Source: Candidatus Lokiarchaeum ossiferum (GTDB lineage Archaea > Asgardarchaeota > Lokiarchaeia > Sigyniarchaeales > Promethearchaeaceae). From it: DNA of 32,000 nt. Below the pieces are notes generated by a model, which ran no database searches, was not told the origin of the DNA, and saw only the letters and a program-made list of their open reading frames with translations. A program made the position numbers and the translations under genes. Location of the stretch: the NCBI GenBank assembly GCA_025839675.1, contig CP104013.1, positions 5,940,001 through 5,972,000 on the forward strand, read 5' to 3'. Of the stretch, positions 8,650 through 17,500 are shown one piece after another. How positions within the stretch are numbered: the stretch's first letter is position 1; every line of letters starts with the position of its first letter.

Positions 8650-9825
8650 ATGATGGAAACAAAACAAAAAAAAGAAACTCGAAGGATCAATATTGGTATA
8701 ATCGGATGTGGTCATATTTCACAAAATCATATCTTTTCCTTGACGTTAGTTGAAGCTAACGCAAGAAAAATTTGGAAATGGAAAGAAAGTGAAATAAAAA
8801 TTAGGCCTCATTTATATGCATACGCCGACATTCTGGAAGATGCTGTAAAAAATATGGCAAAAAGTTTCCCTATTGATAAGCAATTTGTTGGAAAAAATGC
8901 GGGGTTTGAACTCATTGAGGATCCAGACGTCCATGCTGTGTTTATACTAACTCCCACTTATTTACATAAAGAATTTGTTTTGGCTGCCTTGAATCAAGGA
9001 AAACATGTTTTTTGTGAGAAACCTTTATGTTTTCCTCCATCAGAAATTGATGCAATAATTAAAGCTCGAGATAGCAATCATGTTGTATTTCAACCGGGTT
9101 TAGTTATGCGCAGTACTTCCCCAATTCATTATCTTCAATTATTAACAGAGCAAAATAAAGTAAAATGGGGTAAACCTATGAATATTGTGTTTAGAGATAG
9201 TCAGCAAAAGCCATATCTTGGGGAATTAGAAGTGCACAATAGTACTTGGAGAAAAGATCAAACTCAAGCATATTCTGGCATTTTATTTGAACATGTCATC
9301 CATGATATTGATGGAATGATTTCGATCTTTGGGGAAGTTGAAGAAGTGTACGCTAAAATTAACTATTTTGCTGGTCATCCTGGAATTGAAGATTCAGTAG
9401 CAAGTATAATTACTTTTAAAAATGGAATAAATTTGTCGATAAGTGCCATGTGGAATGATCTTGATTATGATTGCCGTTATTATGAGATTTATTTTGAAAA
9501 AGCACGTATAACAATAATTTCTGATGGGCGATCGAAAAAACTTGCTGAAATTAAACTCTTATATTTAGATGAAGCAGAAATAGAACTTGATTTAGAAAAA
9601 ATGGATGAATATTTCTTTTCAAAAATTGGTTTGCCTCACGTCAAAGCCGAAGTTTCAGGACCATATTATGCCGAAGATTTACGATTTATAAATGCAATTG
9701 TGAAAAATAATATAAAAAGTGAAATTACTGCTGAGTCTGCAAAATATGCTCACGAGATTATTGAAGCATGTTATGAAAGTGGAAGGAAGGGGGTTCCAAT
9801 TAAAATACAACCTTTTTTAAACTAA
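8650..9825 (+). CDS. Gfo/Idh/MocA family oxidoreductase (paralog, with insertion after the Rossmann P-loop)
   Basis: Carries 'INIGIIGCGHISQNH', 'GKHVFCEKPL' and 'FEHVIHDIDG'. It begins 10 nt after the upstream stop, with the SD-like 'AGTGAT' at 8641-8646, so it is probably co-transcribed. Confidence 0.85.
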   Translation: MMETKQKKETRRINIGIIGCGHISQNHIFSLTLVEANARKIWKWKESEIKIRPHLYAYADILEDAVKNMAKSFPIDKQFVGKNAGFELIEDPDVHAVFILTPTYLHKEFVLAALNQGKHVFCEKPLCFPPSEIDAIIKARDSNHVVFQPGLVMRSTSPIHYLQLLTEQNKVKWGKPMNIVFRDSQQKPYLGELEVHNSTWRKDQTQAYSGILFEHVIHDIDGMISIFGEVEEVYAKINYFAGHPGIEDSVASIITFKNGINLSISAMWNDLDYDCRYYEIYFEKARITIISDGRSKKLAEIKLLYLDEAEIELDLEKMDEYFFSKIGLPHVKAEVSGPYYAEDLRFINAIVKNNIKSEITAESAKYAHEIIEACYESGRKGVPIKIQPFLN

Positions 9826-9866
9826 ATAAAAATTTTTGGGTAATTTATTTTAAATTTTACTTGGTT

Positions 9867-12173
9867 TCAACCCACAATCATCATACACCAGATACTCGCG
9901 GCAATATCATATCGCCTTTCTTGGTAGAAATAGAGTCCCATAAAGAAGAGTTGAAAATTCGGGTTATCAGACCAACTCATTATTTCTTCGAAAAACTTAA
10001 CTTCTTGAAAATCAGCTAAATATTGTTCCAAACGATCTGTTGGGACATTCAAAAATTCTGCAATAACTGATGAGTTTAGATATTTGGCAACTTCAGAATG
10101 CGGAGCTTTTCGTTCAATCAGTCGACAAGCATGCAAAAAGTAGAAATAACAGTCTAAAGTCGAATATTGGAATCCTTCCATTATAGGTTCCCAATTAGGA
10201 TGATTAATCGCAAAATAAATTTGATCTTTCAATAAATCTGTGGATAAGGTAGAATCAGTGTTTATAGGTATAAATATGTCCATAGTATAGGCTAAGGTTC
10301 CTAAGTAGGCTTGACGTTTGATTAAATTTTTTGTTGGTATTAGCAATACTTTCGGTAAATTTGAAGCGGAAATATGTACATAAAATTGATGGAAACTCTT
10401 TGCAAACTTGTGATAATAATATATATCTTGTGGAAGATTCACTCCAAAGGAAATTAAGTAGTGTATATCAGAATTTGTTAAAAAGAGAGACGAATTAAAC
10501 TTTTTGACAATTTTATAAACATTTTTAACTTCTTCACTCTTATCCTCAGACTTTGAAATAGTTGGGCGCTTTTGCAAGATACGATCAGTAAAATATGTTT
10601 TATCATTAAGATTATTTGATGGATCAAAAAATGCAATTGTTTCAGCTGAATTGTCTTGAAACATTGTGGGTGCTAGATTTTCATCATGATTGTTAATTGG
10701 AATATTAATTTTTTCGGGTTTTTGTTTAGAATTAGAAGATTCGCTCGCCAACCAAGGTTTCGAAGTCAACATTTGTTCGCGCATTTGTTCAACTTTTTGA
10801 AGATTGATTTTTTTTCGTAACTTCTCTAATTGTCTTGCATAATCTTGAGCTTTACTGGCATCCTCAATTTCATAACATATCATATGCATTTCTTCAAGGT
10901 ACAAAAATTCCAATTCGTAATTTCGAGCTTTGCCCGCTGAATGAGCATTTTTCTGTAGGAATTTCATCTTCATTTTAGATAGGCGTGTAATTATTTTTTT
11001 GACTTCTTTAAGCTTCTTTGAGTCTTCTGCTTTGATATAATAACGTTCTGCATTGGAGTAAAAATTCTTTGCTTGATCAATATCTTGAATCGACTTCAGA
11101 ATTACTTTATTTCCTCGTTCAAATTGTTCATCACCGAGTTTTGTTTGAAAAATTGCAAATTTTTTTCTCAATACTGATAATTCATGTTGGGCATTTATTT
11201 TTTCATATTGATCGATACATTTATGATAAAGTTGAATACTTTCTTTAATTTGGCCTTGTTCTTTGTAAATTTCGGCTTGTTTGACTTCTTCTTGAATTTG
11301 GTAGATTGATGCTTGAAGGTATTCTTCTTTTGCTTGTTTTTGTTTTGAATTGATCTTTAAAATTTTATATTGAAAATGTGCATTTCTAAAATGAAGCAAT
11401 GCCTCTTGGAACATTTTCTTTTTTAAGTTTTCTCTTCCTGCAACTAATTCAAAATCCGCTGCAAGTTCTGCATTTTGCTGACTTTTTATGGTGATCTGTT
11501 GTTGAAGTTTAGAATCATTTTCAACTAAATTCGCAATATGCTTGCATTTGGTTAATATTTGGTGTGTTTTAACTATGTTCTTATCTGCTAACTTCTTTTC
11601 TGCCTCTTTGAGATAAAAATTCCCAAATTCTCGGTATATTGATTGAATTGTTTTTAACAAACTTCTTGAATCATATTTTTTTGGATAAAAATCATTCATC
11701 AAAGGGATGAAATAATTCAGGAATAAATTTGAAATAATACTAAATGATGTAAAAACTTCAGTAAATCTTCGTTCTAAATGCCTTTTTCGTAACTCTGTTG
11801 ATTTTATTATCGTGAAAACTTTTAACGCCCATTTTTCAACTAAATCGAAAAATAAACTACCTTTCTTTTGGAGATTTTTATCTGATTTTGAACTATATAT
11901 TCCAAATTCCAAAAATAAATTGCTTAAGTTTAATAAAACAATTGAAGTTGCAATTTCATTTTCTTGTTGATATAATTCTTCCGCAATTGCTAATTTCCGA
12001 TCAAAAATGAGATTCAAAGCTAATTGGTAATTTTGAATCGCTGCCAAATATTCTGGATTAGTCTTATTTGTACTAGATTTGACTAATTTTTCTAAAGATT
12101 TTAATGCTAAGAAGGTTTTTCCCTCTTTTAGATGCGTTAAAGCTTGTTCTAATGAATAATTCGGCAAAGACAC
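9867..12173 (-). CDS. large TPR-like/helical-repeat protein with uncharacterised C-terminal domain
   Basis: 768-aa ORF. The N-terminal ~480 aa are amphipathic helical repeats of TPR-like character (for example 'EQALTHLKEGKTFLALKSLEKLVK' and 'IYKEQGQIKESIQLYHKCIDQYEKI'). A low-complexity linker is followed by a ~260-aa C-terminal region with no motif I recognise. It has no Walker A motif. Confidence 0.45.
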   Translation of the reverse strand: MSLPNYSLEQALTHLKEGKTFLALKSLEKLVKSSTNKTNPEYLAAIQNYQLALNLIFDRKLAIAEELYQQENEIATSIVLLNLSNLFLEFGIYSSKSDKNLQKKGSLFFDLVEKWALKVFTIIKSTELRKRHLERRFTEVFTSFSIISNLFLNYFIPLMNDFYPKKYDSRSLLKTIQSIYREFGNFYLKEAEKKLADKNIVKTHQILTKCKHIANLVENDSKLQQQITIKSQQNAELAADFELVAGRENLKKKMFQEALLHFRNAHFQYKILKINSKQKQAKEEYLQASIYQIQEEVKQAEIYKEQGQIKESIQLYHKCIDQYEKINAQHELSVLRKKFAIFQTKLGDEQFERGNKVILKSIQDIDQAKNFYSNAERYYIKAEDSKKLKEVKKIITRLSKMKMKFLQKNAHSAGKARNYELEFLYLEEMHMICYEIEDASKAQDYARQLEKLRKKINLQKVEQMREQMLTSKPWLASESSNSKQKPEKINIPINNHDENLAPTMFQDNSAETIAFFDPSNNLNDKTYFTDRILQKRPTISKSEDKSEEVKNVYKIVKKFNSSLFLTNSDIHYLISFGVNLPQDIYYYHKFAKSFHQFYVHISASNLPKVLLIPTKNLIKRQAYLGTLAYTMDIFIPINTDSTLSTDLLKDQIYFAINHPNWEPIMEGFQYSTLDCYFYFLHACRLIERKAPHSEVAKYLNSSVIAEFLNVPTDRLEQYLADFQEVKFFEEIMSWSDNPNFQLFFMGLYFYQERRYDIAASIWCMMIVG

Positions 12174-12241
12174 AGCAATTCCATTAAAAAGATGAAGTTA
12201 TGAATTAAAAATTTTATGGGAAAAATATTAGGGCCATTAAA

Positions 12242-13387
12242 TTATTTTTTCTTTATAATTCGGGGAGTCACAAAAATGTCCAGCCCGATGTTTGTATCTG
12301 GGTTTTTTTCATCATCGTCAATTTTTTGCCATAATTCCACTTTTTTTCTGTTAACTAGTTGTAATAAGTATAGTAAAGTTCTTACAATTCCATCCGGATC
12401 AGGTGAAATAATCAAAGATAAAAATGAAATGGGCTCATTATTCTGATATAATTGAAATATTCGATCGTTCATTCTAGATATTTGGAGTTCAACTAAAGCT
12501 CTTTCTTCTTCAGCCTTTTTTAATAGATTATCATTCAAAATTGAAGAAGCTAAGTTTTTTGAATCTATTTTCCGAGAAGCTTTACGAGGGCTGCGTAATT
12601 GATAATTCAAAGTCTTGATTAATGCTTTTCCTAAATCACCGAGTTCAATTTTTCGAAAGACCTTTCGAACTGGAGAAGCCAAAAATCTTTGACCGTTTTT
12701 ATCAACTGAGTAGTAAGAGTGGGTTGAAATTGTGGCATTCACTTCGGAGTCTCGCTCTAAAATATAATTTCTAAGTGTTTCATCATCATAGAGTAATGCA
12801 GTGTCATCTGTTAGAGATTGATTTTGACCAAAAGCGCCTAAAATTTGATTCAAAGAATTTAATCCTTTATTACTATCATCATTATCACAATAATCATCTT
12901 CCATATCTTCAAGTTCATCTTCATTCACTTCATTAATTAATAATTGATCTTGGGTTTCATGCGATTCATGAATAACTAAATTCGATTTTGCCCGAACGAT
13001 TTGAGAAGCGGAATGAATAATTCTTCCTCCAATTCTAAATTTCATCTCACTATTTGAATACATATGTTTTTGAAAATTATCAAGAGTCTGTGTTATGCTG
13101 ATTTTCCAGGGATTGGTTTTTAAAATGTCCTTAAGATTGTCTGCTTGAACCAGGCAATTTAAGTCTGCTGGTTCTTGATGATGAAGAAATGTAGATTCTT
13201 GAATTTCACTCAGCATTTTAACAGTCTTTCGTTTTTGATGAATGGAGATTGAAGTGTTGTTTTTAGTAATTTCGGAAGAATCTGATTCAAAATTTGCGTG
13301 GAAATTTTCCAAATGTCTATTTTCAGTGTGTGCAATTAATTTAGACTCGGAATTTTTAAATTCTGCATTTATCGAATATTCTTCCAT
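12242..13387 (-). CDS. scpA: ScpA-like kleisin (segregation and condensation protein A) with N-terminal extension and acidic insert
   Basis: The archaeal ScpA-type N-terminus 'NPWKISITQTLDNFQKHM...GGRIIHSASQIVRAKSNLVI' matches the pattern DPWDIDI...YL...EYLvMAA.LL.iKS..LL. An acidic linker 'EDELEDMEDDYCDNDDSN' follows. The C-terminal winged helix is 'ISFLSLI...GIVRTLLYLLQLVNRKKVELWQ...DIFVTP'. Confidence 0.65.
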   Translation of the reverse strand: MEEYSINAEFKNSESKLIAHTENRHLENFHANFESDSSEITKNNTSISIHQKRKTVKMLSEIQESTFLHHQEPADLNCLVQADNLKDILKTNPWKISITQTLDNFQKHMYSNSEMKFRIGGRIIHSASQIVRAKSNLVIHESHETQDQLLINEVNEDELEDMEDDYCDNDDSNKGLNSLNQILGAFGQNQSLTDDTALLYDDETLRNYILERDSEVNATISTHSYYSVDKNGQRFLASPVRKVFRKIELGDLGKALIKTLNYQLRSPRKASRKIDSKNLASSILNDNLLKKAEEERALVELQISRMNDRIFQLYQNNEPISFLSLIISPDPDGIVRTLLYLLQLVNRKKVELWQKIDDDEKNPDTNIGLDIFVTPRIIKKK

Positions 13388-13615
13388 TGTAATCCCTCTG
13401 GTAATAAAAAACTAGATCGATTTAGTTTACTATTTTTCTATTTTTTGAATTCAATTATGACACTAACATGTGGATAACACCCTTATATGATAATGTTTAA
13501 TATTTTGAAGTATTTAAAAGAAAACTAACAAATCCGACAAAAAAAGAAATGGGTTAAGAAATTTATTTAAGCAAAAAAACCAATATATCTTATTATTAGT
13601 ATTTGGTGAAACAAT

Positions 13616-13924
13616 GTGATTGATTCTAAAGCAATTAAAGCAATCGTAAATAAATTCATGGCTGATGAAATGACAAGAGCTGTTATCATCTGCGACTCTG
13701 AAGGATTACCTATCCAATCATCATTTAAAGGTGAACAAATAGAACGAACCGAAGAGATTTCTGCTTATATCACGTCTTTGATTTCTCGAGCAAAACAAAC
13801 AGCAGATGTTTTAGGGGAAGGTCGCCTGAATTTTGTGCGATTAGAAACTGACAAGGGTGAAGTTATGATTGCTCCCCAAGAAGCGCTAATATTAATTGTA
13901 TTACGGACTCCAACGACTTTTTAA
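13616..13924 (+). CDS. Roadblock/LC7 (MglB-like) domain protein
   Basis: 102 aa. 'AVIICDSEGLPIQSS', 'ISAYITSLISRAKQTADVLG' and 'LNFVRLETDKGEVMIAP...LILIVL' follow the Roadblock/LC7 alpha-beta-alpha pattern. The GTG start is preceded by 'GGTGA' at 13605-13609. Confidence 0.8.
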   Translation: MIDSKAIKAIVNKFMADEMTRAVIICDSEGLPIQSSFKGEQIERTEEISAYITSLISRAKQTADVLGEGRLNFVRLETDKGEVMIAPQEALILIVLRTPTTF

Positions 13925-14004
13925 TCTAATTCTTTTTCAGTTATGCTAAATTTTAAAATTCTTCATTTATTTTAGCCATTAATTTTTTAAGTTTTTCTAA
14001 CCAA

Positions 14005-14352
14005 ATGAGATATATGGATAAAGAAGAAATTGGACCAAAGTTAGCTGCAGTTATGGATGTAGTTTCTGTATGCGAAGGATTAATTTACGCAAAAACATCG
14101 GGGGAAATTATAATCGGACAAACTTTACTTGAAATGGAACACGGTCCAATCGCTAAAAGTGTCGCTCAAATGTTTGAAATAAAAATTGAAGCTGCGCAAA
14201 AAGGGAATTTAGTTGATTTAACTATTGGGTTAGAAGAAGGACAACTCATAGCAGTTAAAAAGGATGAAACAATGGTCATTGGAATTTTGGGTTCAGATGG
14301 AAAATCCTCTGTCGGTTTACTTTTGCGGCAATTAAAAAACATTATGAAATAA
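14005..14352 (+). CDS. Roadblock/LC7 domain protein (second, divergent copy)
   Basis: 115 aa. 'CEGLIYAKTSGEIIIGQT', 'GPIAKSVAQMFE' and 'LVDLTIGLEEGQLIAVKKDETMVIGILG...VGLLLRQLKNI' have the same fold pattern as the upstream gene. Confidence 0.7.
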   Translation: MRYMDKEEIGPKLAAVMDVVSVCEGLIYAKTSGEIIIGQTLLEMEHGPIAKSVAQMFEIKIEAAQKGNLVDLTIGLEEGQLIAVKKDETMVIGILGSDGKSSVGLLLRQLKNIMK

Positions 14353-14356
14353 CCCG

Positions 14357-14365
14357 TTTTTTTTT
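14357..14365 (+). terminator. oligo-T tract (T9) after the second Roadblock gene
   Basis: 'taaCCCGtttttttttc' 4 nt after stop 14350-14352, in a convergent intergenic spacer. Confidence 0.4.
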
Positions 14366-14491
14366 CACTATATTTCTTTTAAACTTTTCAATTGATTATT
14401 ATATCAATTCATGCTTTGAATTTGGGGATATTTTGATTACAAAAGAACTTCATAGCATTTTAAGACGAGAAAAAATCAGAAAAAGGTAGTT

Positions 14492-14499
14492 AAAAAAAA
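14492..14499 (-). terminator. oligo-T tract (T8 on the minus strand) after the surface-protein gene
   Basis: The A8 run at 14492-14499 on the plus strand is T8 on the minus strand, 12-19 nt downstream of the minus-strand stop (14511-14513). Confidence 0.35.
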
Positions 14500-14510
14500 G
14501 TATAAAAAAC

Positions 14511-17500
14511 TTATTCTTCATCTAACAGATCATCTAATGAGGTAGAAGATTCTTCTTTGGCTTTTTCTACTTTATCTGATTTGGTTGATAATTCTGAAAT
14601 TGGAACATATTTACCAACTCTTCTTTTAGATTTGGTCTTTTTCACATCACTTATCGTTTCTACTGGTGCATTTATTTCAGCAACTTTCTTTTTAATATAA
14701 ATGACACCGTAGATCCAAAATAATGCTGTTCCTGCTATAAACGCAATGACTGTTGCAGTGATTAGCACTCGATTCTCATTTACTGCATAAGTTTTAAATT
14801 CAACATCCTTTGTTTCTTCCAAGGTTTCCCCTGTTTGTTCGATTTCACATTTAACTGTGAAATTGAGGGAAATTGAGTTTTCATCAAATGATTTTTGATT
14901 TAAAACTATTTGAAAAGAAGCTTCTTCATAAGGATTAAGCACCAATAAATCAAAAGTATCAGATAAAAGAATCTCCGTTTCTTCGAATTCAGATTCAACA
15001 ATCGCAACTGTGATATTTTTCAATTTGGTATTTCCATTATTCATCAATCTTACAGTTATCACATTGTTTGTGTCTGCTATCATTGTAATTGATGAATCGA
15101 CAGAAACACTTAGTATTGATTCGTATTCTGGCATCGATTCTTGAAGAGTAAGAGACATCCCTTCATGGGTCCCATTACCTGGAAATTCAACTTTTAATTC
15201 TAAGTTGGTATCGATTGGGGCTTGGGAAAGATCGATTATTGCTGTGAATTCACCATTAGCGTTTGTGGTTATGGTTGTAAGATCTGCTGTAGTGGTTAAA
15301 GCTTTCCAATCATCAGTATCATTAGAAGGTGTATTATCATAGAACAGGTTTAACGAAGTTCCTGCTAAACGATTTCCATATTCATCCAAAGCTTTACCAA
15401 CCAAATGAACGGTTGAAGAATGATCAAATTCAGATTCTGTAATATACAAATCTGTAATTTTACCATCTACTTTTGTAATTTCTGTAGCGATATCGCAAAT
15501 TTCTGCGTCGCTGGTCATTAAATATCCATTTTCTAATTGGATAAAGTATGAAACTGTTTCTGGAAGGTTTAAGTTTGTTCTCGGCATATTTCCAATAAAT
15601 GAAGGTCCAGATCGTGCGTTGTACTCTTTAACATCAAGAATCTCTCCATCAAAACTGGTTTCATTGAGTGCAGAATAATAAATAACATTATCTTGCATTC
15701 CACTATAAATTTCATCACCGTCGATCGTAGCAATGATGTTCATTTTCATTGGACTGTTTCTGATTGGGCAATTAACTCCCCCTTCTTGAACAGTTGGGAT
15801 AGATAATGTGAAATTGTATTTTTGTTTATCTAATCCAGAGCTAGCGCCATAAATTGCCAACGATTTTGGTATAGATTTTTCTACAATTACCATTTCTGCA
15901 TTATTTTGATATACAAGTTGAACTTTGACATCAACATTCAAATTTAATGAGGTATGTCTATTCTCAAGATCGATGATTATATTGACATCTTCGCCGGCAT
16001 TAAAGAAGGTCTCATTTTGAAGATAGTTTGTCATATAGACATTATATAACATTTGAACATTTGTTTCTTCATCAATTTGATTTTCTCCACCGTTTTCTCG
16101 AACTGCATACATGAATATGTTATATTCATTATTAGGAATGTCTGTATCAAATGTGTCTATTCCTGCTGTTATTTGATTTGCTGATATATCGCTTTGATAA
16201 GAGATTTCAATTGGGTTTGGAACAGCATAATGATTTACATAAAATGGTCGACGTAGGATTCCCGCTTCTTCTCCGTTAGTCCAATTCACAATGATATTAT
16301 ATTCTCCTTCAACCGTCGCATTAGATAAAATTGCATTATCTGATTCGAAGAGATATCGGGAATATGTTGTATTTTCATCAATTGAATTATCGGTTAAAAT
16401 GTAGCTAGAATCTAATTCACCGGTGGTATTGAACAAACTTGCTGTAACTATTCCATCGGATAAATATTTATCTTCAGAATCAAGAATTCCAACAGTAATT
16501 GAGACATTATCACCAATCATAAATCCATTTGTTGGCCATAAGTTGCCTTCATAATCTAAATTGACTCCACAATTTTGAATATAATTGTTGGAAGTGGCTT
16601 GAAGTTCATAAATTCCAGAAGCAGAGATAAAAAGTTCTTGAACTTTGACAACTTGCTGTTCATCGATAGTGGATGGATAAGTAATATTCTCTAGATAACT
16701 TGTGGTTGTAGAATTTACTACAAAATCTGATACACTCCAATCTAATGGAATAAAATACCAAGCTTCCATCAAACTCCAGTTCACAAATCGATCATTCGTT
16801 GAAGTGTAGTTATAATTCACATTCCAAGCAGGTGCTTCGTCTAATGTCAAATTATATTCGGTTGTGGCTTCATCATCGAAGTATTTTTGCACATCATAAG
16901 AAACGGTGAAATAAATATCTCCTGAATAAATTTCGGGGTTCCAGGTTAAATTAACTTGCATTTTATTTCCATCAGTTGCAATTGGGGCGTCATAAACATG
17001 ATCGATGGTTCCACATCCCCACCAATAAGCAGCATAGTTGTCATACGGTGCTGCATCATCAAAGGAATCATACATTATGTTCTCATCAAATGTATAAGTG
17101 CTTGTGATTGGATCATTTTCGATTTTTAATTCAATTTCTTCAGGGAAATATGCACGGGTTAAATTGATTGCAAATAAGGCCGCATCGGTGTTTTGAATTT
17201 GTTCCCAAACAGTAGTTTCTTGCAAAAGTAAGTGATCAACAACATCATTTTTACCAACGATGGAACTCACTGGAATAGTTACAACAGAATAACCACGGGT
17301 GAGATCCTTTGTAGCATTTGAAGAAATTACAATGAAATAGTTTCCAACAGAAACATTTTCACCTAATAAATCATCCTCGAATGAAAACCAATTTGGTTTA
17401 TCCAAAGTGTAATTCTCAAAAGTATGTTCCATCAAAAGAAGATTTGGTTCAATTAAGAGATCTTCTGATAAAATGATTTCAGATCTTTTTGGGTGGCTTG

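Noticed and set aside
8376-8690. ORF 8376-8690 (-), 104 aa
   Set aside because: It is antisense across the junction of the two Gfo/Idh/MocA genes and has Phe/Ile/Asn-rich junk composition.
1-9825. Aminoglycoside (butirosin-like) biosynthetic cluster suggested by the BtrH-like, PIG-L (BtrD-like), dehydrogenase and MFS combination
   Set aside because: The core enzymes are absent: there is no 2-deoxy-scyllo-inosose synthase, aminotransferase, glycosyltransferase or acyl carrier protein. Two unrelated genes separate the BtrH-like gene from the cluster. The family names coincide, but the pathway logic does not.
12216-12446. ORF 12216-12446 (+), 76 aa
   Set aside because: It overlaps the conserved C-terminal winged-helix coding region of scpA on the opposite strand.
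14511-14693. Eukaryote-like acidic dileucine sorting signal in the surface-protein tail ('SLDDLLDEE')
   Set aside because: The spacing fits neither DxxLL nor [DE]xxxL[LI] when checked residue by residue. Acidic C-termini are common, so this is treated as coincidence.
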